Positions 18,218 to 28,048 of a stretch of DNA of 64,000 nucleotides are shown here, in pieces; positions within the stretch are counted from its first letter, which is position 1; the number at the start of each line of letters is the position of its first letter. A program made the translations under genes and the position numbers. This stretch comes from a bacterium (GTDB lineage: Bacteria > Patescibacteriota > Saccharimonadia > Saccharimonadales > SZUA-47): NCBI GenBank assembly GCA_030428125.1, contig JAUIBF010000002.1:143910-207909 (forward strand), written 5' to 3'. Under the pieces are notes generated by a model. That model did not search any database. It saw only the letters and a program-made list of their open reading frames with translations, and was not told where the DNA came from.

Positions 18218-19399
18218 ATGGCAAATCCTATTGAAGTCTCGCAAGTGATGAACTTAACCCCAGTAGAGGGTAATATTGATATTGAACAAACTACACGTAG
18301 GTATAGTTTCCGTAGAGCAGCAGGGCTGACAAGTTTTGCGCTAGCTACGGGCTTAGGCGTAGGTGTTGCTACGGAAGCATTCGATGGCGATGCACCAGAA
18401 GTATATGCTGAAGGATGTTTTGTTAAAGACCCAGTAAACGGGACAGAATCCTGGTACGATCCATGTCCAGGCAGTGAACCTGCACCCACAACTGTTCCTG
18501 TACCGGTTACTACGACTCCACCTAGTAGTGGTGGAGGAGGAAATAATGGTGGTGGTAATTCTGGTGGTGGCAGCTCTTCTGGTGGGGGAGGCAGTCAACC
18601 AGTTGTAACTAGTGCTCCTAAACCATCCTACGAAGATAAACTAGCTTTTATTGGTTGTGAAGACGATAAGGGAAACCCAAATCTTGCTGCGGAGTTAGAA
18701 GAATTGAAGGCAGAAGACGGAAGTGGCAGAATAATTACATTGATTGACTGGTGTGAGCTCGAGTTCATTGAAGAAGACGGCATCATGGAAGGTTACGGCC
18801 GTCCAAATACTAACTGGGAAGATTTAATAGCAAATCCTGACTTTGACATAACACCGAACGAAGCTCAGACTAATGCTTTGAACATCTATCTATTGAATCG
18901 TTGGAATGAGTTGAACCCACCTGAGACTACTTCAACTACAACCTCTACAACATCGTCGACAACTTCAACGACTACGACCACTACTACAGTTGCACCAACA
19001 TCTACTACATCAGCTGCGCCTGCAACCACAGAAAATATTTTAGTGGACACAACAAGTACTCCAGAAACTACAGAAAACGAGCTACTTATAACTATTCCAG
19101 AAACCACTACAGCAGTAGATCTTGGATTAGAACCAGAGGCACCAGATACTACAGTTGTAGTGGCAGAAACTGAAGTACAAGAAGCAGTAGAAGAAAGTGT
19201 CCAAACTACGGATGCAGACATTGCTATTATTGCATCAGATAATGATTCTGAAAAAGGCAGTGGAACTAACTGGTTGATTCCTGCTGCAGGTGTAGCTGCA
19301 GCAGCAGCGAGTGGCTTAATATTAGTAGCTGCTGTAAGGCGCCGTCGAGACGAGGAAGATAGACACACTCTTCCACACGGTTCTTCCCCGATTGCTTGA
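18218..19399 (+). CDS. Surface protein with Gly/Ser and Thr-rich linkers, C-terminal TM and RRRR tail
   Basis: N-terminal signal-like segment; C-terminal WLIPAAGVAAAAASGLILVAAV-RRRR. Confidence 0.8.
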   Translation: MANPIEVSQVMNLTPVEGNIDIEQTTRRYSFRRAAGLTSFALATGLGVGVATEAFDGDAPEVYAEGCFVKDPVNGTESWYDPCPGSEPAPTTVPVPVTTTPPSSGGGGNNGGGNSGGGSSSGGGGSQPVVTSAPKPSYEDKLAFIGCEDDKGNPNLAAELEELKAEDGSGRIITLIDWCELEFIEEDGIMEGYGRPNTNWEDLIANPDFDITPNEAQTNALNIYLLNRWNELNPPETTSTTTSTTSSTTSTTTTTTTVAPTSTTSAAPATTENILVDTTSTPETTENELLITIPETTTAVDLGLEPEAPDTTVVVAETEVQEAVEESVQTTDADIAIIASDNDSEKGSGTNWLIPAAGVAAAAASGLILVAAVRRRRDEEDRHTLPHGSSPIA

Positions 19400-19459
19400 T
19401 AGCTGAAAGTTCAGGGGTTTTCAATAAGCCTTTATTTTTAGCATAAGCTTGTCTACAAT

Positions 19460-19927
19460 GTGCTTATGGTATTGAGTAGCAGTAAGAGATTGCTCGCGAT
19501 AAGTCTGATAACTTTAGCACTTATGTTAGTTTTGGCAGCTGGCGTCTATTTTTCCGTATTCAAAAACAATGGTGATGAACTGCCAGATGTAGAAAACGAT
19601 GTTTTGACTTCTAACGCCAGAGATGTGCTTCGTCAAGGTGAGTGTAGCGAGGAAGTTATTTCTGAAATTGACGTAAAATCAAACGACAACATTACCAATG
19701 AAGAACACGCCCAGTTACTAGAAGATAGTGCTAATTGTAACGTTCAGTTAAGTAATTATTCTGAAGCTTCAGAAAATATGAAGTCAGCAGCAATCTTGTA
19801 CCAAGAGCTTGGTGATACCATAAAGGCCGACAGCTTAAATGAAACTGCCGAAAGGATAAAAGATTATCCTTCCGAGCCAGAGATTATCGAGAAAGACATC
19901 GAAGACGATGGGGTGTACTCAAACTGA
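19460..19927 (+). CDS. Membrane-anchored helical (TPR-like) protein
   Basis: N-terminal TM and helical repeat-like pattern; stop codon overlaps the next start. Confidence 0.65.
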   Translation: MLMVLSSSKRLLAISLITLALMLVLAAGVYFSVFKNNGDELPDVENDVLTSNARDVLRQGECSEEVISEIDVKSNDNITNEEHAQLLEDSANCNVQLSNYSEASENMKSAAILYQELGDTIKADSLNETAERIKDYPSEPEIIEKDIEDDGVYSN

Positions 19928-22900
19928 TGGTAATTTCAAAAGAAAAAACTTTAACTTTGGCATTGGTATCATTCCTCTTAGTATTAGGGGTTTTAATTTT
20001 CAGAAGTGAAGGAGCAGGCGCACTGCCTGTTTGCTTTAACGATGCAACAAGACGTGCTTCAGCTGCTACTGTAAGTGGTGAGTACCCTAGATCTAATGTC
20101 TCGCGTAATGAATCAGGCTGCGGGGCAGTCAGTAACACTAATCAGTGGGTCCTACTGTCTTCCTATTATGAGGCAGGTTCAGGAACTTATCCTGATGGGC
20201 CTGGTAGCACATTACATACACCTAACGCTGAGTTCAGGGTATTCTATTCCGGATCGACCCCCAGCAGTGCAGTTACCATAACTATTGAGCGCTCGGCCAC
20301 AGGAAGGTGTGATTATACTGGTGGTGATGATGTGGTTATTCATACCATTGGCCCAGGAGGAGGTTTTATTGGGTCGTTAGACTCGGTAGCTTCAGATACG
20401 ATTACCGCACCGGCAGGGGAGTTTTCACAAAATCCTAAGTATGGTAACAATGTTTGGGTATGGAATAAATCAATCAGAGTTAGTGCAAATGTTGCAACAT
20501 CTATACATTGTCGTATTCGGGCGTCCACTGCTACTGCTAGCACGTACTTAACCTTATACGAAGACGTTGATCCTGTAAGTGCTCATAATGAAACTCGTCA
20601 AAGGTATAATCAAACAAACGCAGGTACTGGTGGTGGTTCTAAGGCAATATTAGGACCTGCAGCAAACACTTCAGGTTCAATAGCACTGTATTCAGACTTG
20701 GCATCTAGTACTCTCGAGTACGCAATACCTATTCAACTAGCATGCGATGCACCTGACGGCAGGTATTATCTGAGATATTATGACCCAGATACTCCAAATG
20801 CAGGCAATGCAGGGGGTACGTCTCAGCCTGCCGGGACAGTGGGGTTGGCAATATACAGGGAAAGTGATGGTGCCAACATACTCGATACAAACATCAATGA
20901 AGGAAATGACGAATACGGTGAGGTGTTGATGCCTAATATGGTTCAGGACGAAAGATACACCATGGTATGGTACAACGTAACAGCTAGAAACGGAATTCAG
21001 TTCTGGATGCCATTTAGCGAAGCGACCTCTATACCAGGAAATGATTGTGAGACCGAGGAAGGTGAAATTACCTGTGGTGATATAACCAGAACTTCCATTG
21101 AGATTAACTGGGATACTACTGACACGACAAATGCCAGAATTCGTCGCGAAGATCCTACGACTGCAACAGTAGGCAACAATCTAGCGGGTACAGGCACAGG
21201 GACTCGGGATGACACCGGTCTTACACCGGGTACTACTTATACATATAGATTAAGAAACAATAGCAATTCTGGAACTATTTTGGATGAAATAACCTGTGAT
21301 ACTACAGCAAATGCACCTCCATCCGTTACGGTAACAGTGACTTGTACACCGATTCTCGGAACCGCGACTTCTACTCTGAGAGCACGTTATGTTGCAACAG
21401 ATCCTGATGGGGACTCGGTAGATGCTACGGCCAGCGGGGGACTGACAGGTACACGTAACAACGACAACGATCACACCTTCTCAGCAACGGTTGTCAGAAA
21501 CGGTAGCTCTTATTCAGTGACAGTGTTAGTCGACGATGGAAATGGTGGGACTGATTCCGACAGTGATTCCGACACCTGTGATTTACCTAACGGTCCTAGT
21601 TTCACGACGGATGATTTGAATTGCAGAAGATTTAGTATTGAACTCCAAGACGATGAAGGTTTCGAATACGACATAGAACTGCAGCACTTCGAAGGTGGCT
21701 CCTGGGTAAATACCGGGTACAGACGCAATAACCAGGCGCTTACTGGTGGACCTCCTTCATATTCGTACTCAACAGACTTTACAGCCGTAGCTAGATGGCG
21801 AGATTTTGATGTGCATAACTTTAGGGTATTGGCGACAAACCAATCATTCCCATCCTTAACTGCTCATACTGATGATCCGGGTGATGCAACCGATCAAAGA
21901 GTAGGTCCTTGTCTGGAAACTGTTTGTGGTGGCATAACTACCAGCCCAACGTCTGTAAGCGTGAATCAATTCTATACGGTTAGTGTTCAATTTTCTACAC
22001 GCAGAGTGGATGGCGCCAATGAACTTTCTAATATAGGTCCTGAAGGAAACGGGGGTACTGCAGGATCACCATTTACCTATAACATCGAATTATCGATGTC
22101 ACCAGCACCTCCTGCAGGACCGAACTTAGCCAACCCCATGCCCATTAGTCCAGCAGGGTCTATACATAACGGTGTGCCGTCACCGATTGCCGGAGTGGTT
22201 GCACACGATATAACGAGCCAATTCCAAGCGCCATCTACGCCAGAAGATATAGACATAACATTCAGCTTGGATTCGGGGGATGCTAACTTTGACAGAACAT
22301 GTCCAGGAGGTACGGGTTCATATACGGTAGAGGTTGCGGCACAACCGTACATTCAGTCGTTTAGAGGAGATGTGATTGCTGGCTACGGTATTTTAAACAA
22401 TACGGGCGTTTGCTCTACTGGCTCGGGTAATGTAGTAGGTTCCACAGTAAATCATCCCTTGTTAGCGACGACTCCATCACTTAGCAACCCGGTTGTCGGA
22501 TCGGGGACTCAGATGTCAGTGCTAGCGTTAGGAGAAGTAATCGGTTTCCGATCGGGTACAACACATACCGGATATAACGATAAACCGTGGTCCAGGATAT
22601 TTGCCAACTCCACGAGCACAGCGCCTCCTAATACATCACCCCCTGCTAGGGAAGCAACTAGCATCAATGATGTGCTGATATCTCAGCGCATGGGAGGATA
22701 TTATGATTCGGCCTTATGTGCAGAAAACTGGTCCGATGACATGCCAGCAGGCTCTACACCAGCATCTGATGTTAACTGGAGTGATGTGAACGGAATAGAA
22801 AGATATACAAGTAATGGAGCTCCTGGGGATCCAGTTAGGCTCACTGCTGATTCAACTACTGACGGAACAAGAAAAATATTCATCGATGGAAACGCCATAA

Positions 22901-23433
22901 TTGGAGATCCTGGCCTGGGTGCCAATCAAGAATACGAGTATACCGACAGCTGGACTTCGGTGTTTGATATTCCATCGGTAATAATTGTTGCCTCTGGAAA
23001 CATATATATTGATCCGAACGTTACATATCTGGATGGCATATTTGTGGCAGGAGGAACAATATTTACCTGTACTCCTACAGCTGGAGCACTGCCTAGTGAT
23101 ACAGATGAAATAAGTGCTGCGCCGAGCCCAAGCGCTTATCGTACCGGTGGCGATTGTTATGACAATTCTTTAACAATCCAAGGTGCATTGGTCTCAAACA
23201 ATATCAGATTGTGGAGAACAGGTGGTTCAGTTGATAAAAGGTGGAATAGCTCTACCAGTAGCGTTGTGGATTCTACTGGAACCCAAGGGTACGATAAAGG
23301 ATTAACGCAAGCAGAGACGGTTAGGCTAACTCCAGAGTTATTTATCTCTCCAAGATTTGGGGAGTCACCGACTAATGGAGATGAGGGTCAGAAACAGTTA
23401 GATTCACTAATTAGTTTGCCTCCGATATTTTAA
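19927..23433 (+). CDS. Large secreted pilus-associated adhesin-like protein with Fn3/Ig-like domains
   Basis: Signal peptide, DTGLTPGTTYTYRL Fn3 signature, paired Cys, C-terminal IIVASGNIYIDPNV...LPPIF; immediately upstream of pilM. Confidence 0.72.
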   Translation: MVISKEKTLTLALVSFLLVLGVLIFRSEGAGALPVCFNDATRRASAATVSGEYPRSNVSRNESGCGAVSNTNQWVLLSSYYEAGSGTYPDGPGSTLHTPNAEFRVFYSGSTPSSAVTITIERSATGRCDYTGGDDVVIHTIGPGGGFIGSLDSVASDTITAPAGEFSQNPKYGNNVWVWNKSIRVSANVATSIHCRIRASTATASTYLTLYEDVDPVSAHNETRQRYNQTNAGTGGGSKAILGPAANTSGSIALYSDLASSTLEYAIPIQLACDAPDGRYYLRYYDPDTPNAGNAGGTSQPAGTVGLAIYRESDGANILDTNINEGNDEYGEVLMPNMVQDERYTMVWYNVTARNGIQFWMPFSEATSIPGNDCETEEGEITCGDITRTSIEINWDTTDTTNARIRREDPTTATVGNNLAGTGTGTRDDTGLTPGTTYTYRLRNNSNSGTILDEITCDTTANAPPSVTVTVTCTPILGTATSTLRARYVATDPDGDSVDATASGGLTGTRNNDNDHTFSATVVRNGSSYSVTVLVDDGNGGTDSDSDSDTCDLPNGPSFTTDDLNCRRFSIELQDDEGFEYDIELQHFEGGSWVNTGYRRNNQALTGGPPSYSYSTDFTAVARWRDFDVHNFRVLATNQSFPSLTAHTDDPGDATDQRVGPCLETVCGGITTSPTSVSVNQFYTVSVQFSTRRVDGANELSNIGPEGNGGTAGSPFTYNIELSMSPAPPAGPNLANPMPISPAGSIHNGVPSPIAGVVAHDITSQFQAPSTPEDIDITFSLDSGDANFDRTCPGGTGSYTVEVAAQPYIQSFRGDVIAGYGILNNTGVCSTGSGNVVGSTVNHPLLATTPSLSNPVVGSGTQMSVLALGEVIGFRSGTTHTGYNDKPWSRIFANSTSTAPPNTSPPAREATSINDVLISQRMGGYYDSALCAENWSDDMPAGSTPASDVNWSDVNGIERYTSNGAPGDPVRLTADSTTDGTRKIFIDGNAIIGDPGLGANQEYEYTDSWTSVFDIPSVIIVASGNIYIDPNVTYLDGIFVAGGTIFTCTPTAGALPSDTDEISAAPSPSAYRTGGDCYDNSLTIQGALVSNNIRLWRTGGSVDKRWNSSTSSVVDSTGTQGYDKGLTQAETVRLTPELFISPRFGESPTNGDEGQKQLDSLISLPPIF

Positions 23434-23487
23434 AGAGTAATAAAGGGTGGAAAAAATAAACATATGCATTATAATGAGATTTAAGCC

Positions 23488-24525
23488 ATGGGCATTCTGA
23501 CAAACACAACAGATTTTTTTGGCCTGGATATTGGCACATCAGCAATTAGGGTGGTCCAAATGAAGGGTGGTAGAACCAAAGCTCTTGCTCGATATGGGTC
23601 TCTTGATATTGATCCCAAGATAGCCAAGAGTGATTCTAATGCAGATCTGCAAAAACTAGGACAAGCCATTAAGCAAGTAATGTCTCAAGCTGGCATATCT
23701 TCTAAAAATGTTGCTGTTGGTATTCCTTCACAGAGAGTATTTATGACCGTTGTCGATATCGACAGACTATCAGAAAAGGAACTAGATAGTACAATTCGCT
23801 TGCAAGCTGACTCGCTGATCCCAACACCGTTAGAGGAGTCCAAGATTGACTGGGCGTTGCTAGGCGACTCTCCGAAAGACCAGAAAAAAGTAGAAATTTT
23901 ACTTGGAAGCGTTCCTAATACATTTGTGGAACGTCAACTTGATTTGTTAGAGTCAATGGGCTTGAATGTTATCGCGTTTGAACCAGACTCTATCTCGATT
24001 TCTCGATCGCTTCTGACACCCGACACAGCAGCACCACATCTTCTATTGGATATGGGTAATGAGGCGACAGATTTAGTAATGACTCTGAACGGTGCTCCTA
24101 GGCTAATTCGTTCGATTCCGATTGGTACATCATCGATTATTAAAGCAGCTATACAAAATCTAGGTATCGATGAAAAGCAGGCCACGCAATTTGTATTCAA
24201 GTTTGGAATGAGCAAGGACAAGCTAGAAGGACAGATATACAACGCAATAGTCGGGACCGTTGATACATTAATGAGTGAGATTGAGAAGTCAATCAAGTTT
24301 TTCCAAACACGGTATCAAGGGGCAAACATCGAGAGAATTATTGTTACTGGGGGTACGTCGGTATTACCAGAATTACCACTGACAATTGCCAATAAGTTTG
24401 GCATTAATGTAGAAATCGGTAACTCCTGGAGGAACGTCGCATTCCCGACCTCGCAACAAAATGAATTGCTGACGGTTTCAAATAAATATGCAGTCGCAGC
24501 TGGACTCGCTGAGAGGGTAGAGTAA
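23488..24525 (+). CDS. pilM: Type IV pilus assembly protein PilM
   Basis: GLDIGTSAIRVV, LLDMG, TGGTS and AVAAGLA actin-like motifs. Confidence 0.93.
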   Translation: MGILTNTTDFFGLDIGTSAIRVVQMKGGRTKALARYGSLDIDPKIAKSDSNADLQKLGQAIKQVMSQAGISSKNVAVGIPSQRVFMTVVDIDRLSEKELDSTIRLQADSLIPTPLEESKIDWALLGDSPKDQKKVEILLGSVPNTFVERQLDLLESMGLNVIAFEPDSISISRSLLTPDTAAPHLLLDMGNEATDLVMTLNGAPRLIRSIPIGTSSIIKAAIQNLGIDEKQATQFVFKFGMSKDKLEGQIYNAIVGTVDTLMSEIEKSIKFFQTRYQGANIERIIVTGGTSVLPELPLTIANKFGINVEIGNSWRNVAFPTSQQNELLTVSNKYAVAAGLAERVE

Positions 24526-24528
24526 GCA

Positions 24529-25263
24529 ATGCTACAGTTTAATCTCCTACCAGATGTAAAAAAGCAGTACATAAAGGCTAAAAAACAGCAACGCTTGATT
24601 CTTTCTATTTCGTCGTTTGCGGCAGGCGGCGCCATTGTTATAGTGCTACTACTATTCTTTTTCGTTCAGTTTGGACAAAAAGAAAACATTAAAGATTTGA
24701 CAGAAGATATCAATACTAAAATTAACGACATCAAGTCAATCGAAGACTTCAATAAAATCCTAACAATACAGAGCCAGCTAGAGACTCTGCCAGAACTACA
24801 TGCGGGGAAGCCCGAAATAACAAGATTGTATGACTACCTGATTCAGTTGACTCCTGCTAATGTGAAGATTTCATCAGTTCAGGTTAATTTTACGGATAGC
24901 ATAATGACACTAGAAGGGTCTGCGCCTGATTTGGCGACCATAAACAGGTTCTCAGACACAGTAAAATTCACAAAATTCAAAGCTGTACCAATAGTAGATC
25001 CTGACAGTGACGAGGGTGTAGAGCAGCAAAATATCGAAGATGCAGAAGAACTAGTACCTTTTACAGACGTAAAAACCGAACTAGGTAGATCTGAAGATTC
25101 AGCAGGCTATACACTACGGTTTACATTCGATCCATTATTATTCGAAAACCAAATAGAAGCACAGCTAATAATCCCAAATATTGTGACTACCCGATCAACA
25201 CTTGGTAAACCTGATATTACAGACCAAGGCGACAACCCATTATTTGAAGAGGAAGAGGAGTAG
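24529..25263 (+). CDS. pilN: PilN-like protein
   Basis: FNLLP N-terminal PilM-binding motif, TM, coiled coil. Confidence 0.8.
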   Translation: MLQFNLLPDVKKQYIKAKKQQRLILSISSFAAGGAIVIVLLLFFFVQFGQKENIKDLTEDINTKINDIKSIEDFNKILTIQSQLETLPELHAGKPEITRLYDYLIQLTPANVKISSVQVNFTDSIMTLEGSAPDLATINRFSDTVKFTKFKAVPIVDPDSDEGVEQQNIEDAEELVPFTDVKTELGRSEDSAGYTLRFTFDPLLFENQIEAQLIIPNIVTTRSTLGKPDITDQGDNPLFEEEEE

Positions 25264-25268
25264 TAGGT

Positions 25269-25970
25269 ATGCAAGCGAAATCTTCTGCAGGCGGCAAATC
25301 TATAAAACACGCAATAATCGATAAAGCAAACGCCAGAATGTTTGCTGCCATCGCAATAGCTGTTTTTGTAGTTGTTTTTTGTATATTTGCAGCCAAAGCT
25401 CTCATTGATCAGAGTATTTATAATAACCGGGTAATTTCCGCTAAAAGTGACACGCTAAAAGTATTAGAAAGCAACAAAAAAGAAGCCGACAAGCTCCACC
25501 AGTCATATCTAGCATTTGCAACTGAACCAATAAACGTATTGGGTGGTAGTCCAACTGGTGATGGGCCGCAAGACGGCGATAACGCAACCTTAGTTTTGGA
25601 CGCTCTTCCGTCAGAGTTAGATGTGCCAGCACAGACGACAAGCCTCGAAAAAGTCTTGATTAACGGTGGTTATGGAGTTAAAGCTCTCGGTGGAGACGAT
25701 GCGGCCTATGATACAGACGTCAACAAAGACGAAGCAGCGTTCGCGCAAGGTCAGACCGAACCTATAGAATACGAAGTGCCGTTTGCTGCAACGGCATCAC
25801 TTGAATCGTCTATTAATCTTTTTGAAACCTTACAGTCGTCAATTAGGCCATACAAAATTACCTCGCTTAGCATAAATGGAGGCGCTAGCCAGCTGGAATT
25901 ATCAATAGGAATGGTTACTTACTATAAACCAGCAGTGGGGTTGCAAGTGTCATCGGAGGTTATCCAATAA
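25269..25970 (+). CDS. PilO-like protein
   Basis: TM, coiled coil, ALP motif; position after pilN. Confidence 0.65.
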   Translation: MQAKSSAGGKSIKHAIIDKANARMFAAIAIAVFVVVFCIFAAKALIDQSIYNNRVISAKSDTLKVLESNKKEADKLHQSYLAFATEPINVLGGSPTGDGPQDGDNATLVLDALPSELDVPAQTTSLEKVLINGGYGVKALGGDDAAYDTDVNKDEAAFAQGQTEPIEYEVPFAATASLESSINLFETLQSSIRPYKITSLSINGGASQLELSIGMVTYYKPAVGLQVSSEVIQ

Positions 25971-26212
25971 TGAAATCCAAAGACTATGTAATAGTTTTCA
26001 TAATTGCCGTAGTTAGCGCCTGTCTATCATTCTTTCTTTCCAGCTACTTGATTCCGAGTGGTGATAAACAGCAGAGCGCAGAAGTTGTCGAGAAACTAGA
26101 TTCGACGTTCAATAGGCCTCCGGAGTTGTATTTCAATGACAATTCCGTAAATCCATCACAAGAAATACTTATCGAAGAAGATCCTGGCAGTAATCCATTC
26201 AGTCGTAACTAA
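25970..26212 (+). CDS. Small membrane-anchored pilus-locus protein
   Basis: 80 aa, N-terminal TM, NPF near the C-terminus; translationally coupled. Confidence 0.6.
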   Translation: MKSKDYVIVFIIAVVSACLSFFLSSYLIPSGDKQQSAEVVEKLDSTFNRPPELYFNDNSVNPSQEILIEEDPGSNPFSRN

Positions 26213-26223
26213 GGGGCTCGTAA

Positions 26224-28032
26224 ATGAGCGTATTGTCTGAAGAAACCCAAAAACTGGTAGAGCGAGCCGTAGTTGACGAAGGTTTGCTTACCCCTGAGAA
26301 AATAAACTCTCTTCGTGAAATGTCGGAGAAAAAATCCGCACCTCTGTTCACGTTATTGGTATCAGAAGGTTACATAACTAATGAGCAGCTAACCAAAACA
26401 ATCGCCCACGTCACTAAAGTTCCGTATGTTAATTTATCTAACGCTAACATCGATCCTAAAATTCTGACACTTGTACCCAAAGATATAGCTGAGCGTTATA
26501 TGGCAGTTCCACTAGGCGAAATGAATAACAGACTAGTTGTAGCTATGCTCGATGCAGATAACGTACAGGCAGTGGACTTTCTGAGTAACAAGATTGGTCG
26601 CGCCCTCAAGGTTTATACAGCAAGCGAGGATGGAATCAGACGCGTCCTAAAGCAGTATAAGCAAGAATTAGGCAAAGAGGTAACGTCGGCCCTGGATACA
26701 CAGATAGAAGAACAAGACAAAGAAGAAAAAGAAAAAGGAAAAGAAAAAAAAGGCGATAAGCCAAATGATAAAAAAATCATAACGATGTCTCAAGACTCTC
26801 CGATTTCTAAAGCGCTGTCTTCAATACTAGAGTATGCTGCCAAAAATGGAGCTAGTGACATCCACATTGAGTCCTTAGAAGAAGGCTTAAAAATTCGTGC
26901 TCGAATAGACGGTGTGTTGAAGGAAATAATGCAGCTCCCCAAGTCTACAGAGGCTCCTTTGATTTCTAGAATAAAAATCTTATCTAATCTAAAAATCGAC
27001 GAGCATCGCATTCCACAAGACGGTCAGTTTTCTATAAACGCCAATAATAAAATAATTGACTTACGTATTGCGATTTCTCCCGTAGTCTGGGGCGAGCAGG
27101 TCGTTATTCGTTTGCTGGATAAGAGTGGCACAACCCTAAAACTAGAAGACATGGGCTATCACGGTAGGGCATTACGGACTATCAGGAAAGGATTAGAACA
27201 ACCTAACGGTATGATTCTGACTTCTGGACCGACCGGTTCAGGTAAGTCAACCTCCCTATATGCGTTGTTGCAGGAAATTAAGAGCGATGAAATCAACATC
27301 GTAACCCTAGAAGACCCAGTCGAGTACAAAATGTCCGGAATTAACCAGATTCAGGTTAACTCTGAGGTTGGATTAACTTTCGCGTCAGGTTTGCGATCTA
27401 TCTTGCGTCAGGATCCTGATGTTGTGATGGTTGGAGAAATCCGTGACAAAGAAACAGCTCAACTAGCAGTGCAAGCAGCTTTAACAGGACACTTAGTGTT
27501 TTCAACATTGCACACCAACTCAGCAGCAGGTATCTTGCCTCGTCTTTTGGACATGGGTATCGAGCCATTCCTAATCGCTAGTACCGTACACACAGTTATC
27601 GGTCAGCGTTTAGTCAGGCGTTTAATACCGGGTGGCGAAAGTTATCAAACCGATAAGGCACAAACAGAGGCGATTCACTCTGTTCTGGGGAATCTTTTAC
27701 CAAAGAAAAAAGAAGAAATGCCAATGGTTGCTAAAGATTTAGGCTATACAAGCTTGCCTCTGGACGGTGAAAACGCTTATACTTTGTTTAAGGGTAAAGT
27801 AACCCAGGATCAACCATCTGGTCTAAAAGGTAGAATGGGACTGTACGAAGTCTTTGAAGTAACCGAAGAAATCCAGGAGTTAATTATCAAAAGAGCTACC
27901 AGTGCAGAGATTCAGAAATTAGCACAGGCGCAGGGAATGGTAAAAATGCGTCAGGATGGATATCTGAAAGCACTTGCTGGAATGACAAGCATAGAAGAAG
28001 TAAATAGGGTAGCAGCTGAAGAATCAGCTTAA
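26224..28032 (+). CDS. pilB: Type IV pilus extension ATPase PilB (GspE/PulE family)
   Basis: ASDIHIE, PQDG, GPTGSGKSTSLY, EDPVEY, LRQDPDVVMVGEIRD, STLHTN. Confidence 0.95.
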   Translation: MSVLSEETQKLVERAVVDEGLLTPEKINSLREMSEKKSAPLFTLLVSEGYITNEQLTKTIAHVTKVPYVNLSNANIDPKILTLVPKDIAERYMAVPLGEMNNRLVVAMLDADNVQAVDFLSNKIGRALKVYTASEDGIRRVLKQYKQELGKEVTSALDTQIEEQDKEEKEKGKEKKGDKPNDKKIITMSQDSPISKALSSILEYAAKNGASDIHIESLEEGLKIRARIDGVLKEIMQLPKSTEAPLISRIKILSNLKIDEHRIPQDGQFSINANNKIIDLRIAISPVVWGEQVVIRLLDKSGTTLKLEDMGYHGRALRTIRKGLEQPNGMILTSGPTGSGKSTSLYALLQEIKSDEINIVTLEDPVEYKMSGINQIQVNSEVGLTFASGLRSILRQDPDVVMVGEIRDKETAQLAVQAALTGHLVFSTLHTNSAAGILPRLLDMGIEPFLIASTVHTVIGQRLVRRLIPGGESYQTDKAQTEAIHSVLGNLLPKKKEEMPMVAKDLGYTSLPLDGENAYTLFKGKVTQDQPSGLKGRMGLYEVFEVTEEIQELIIKRATSAEIQKLAQAQGMVKMRQDGYLKALAGMTSIEEVNRVAAEESA

Positions 28033-28048
28033 AAGAAATAGGAGTTTA

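Noticed and set aside
16148..19368. Val-rich, Cys/Gly-rich and Gln/Pro-rich ORFs (16148-, 17562+, 17626-, 17648-, 18886-)
   Set aside because: They are antisense or off-frame shadows of the poly-Thr repeats, which lack stop codons in those frames
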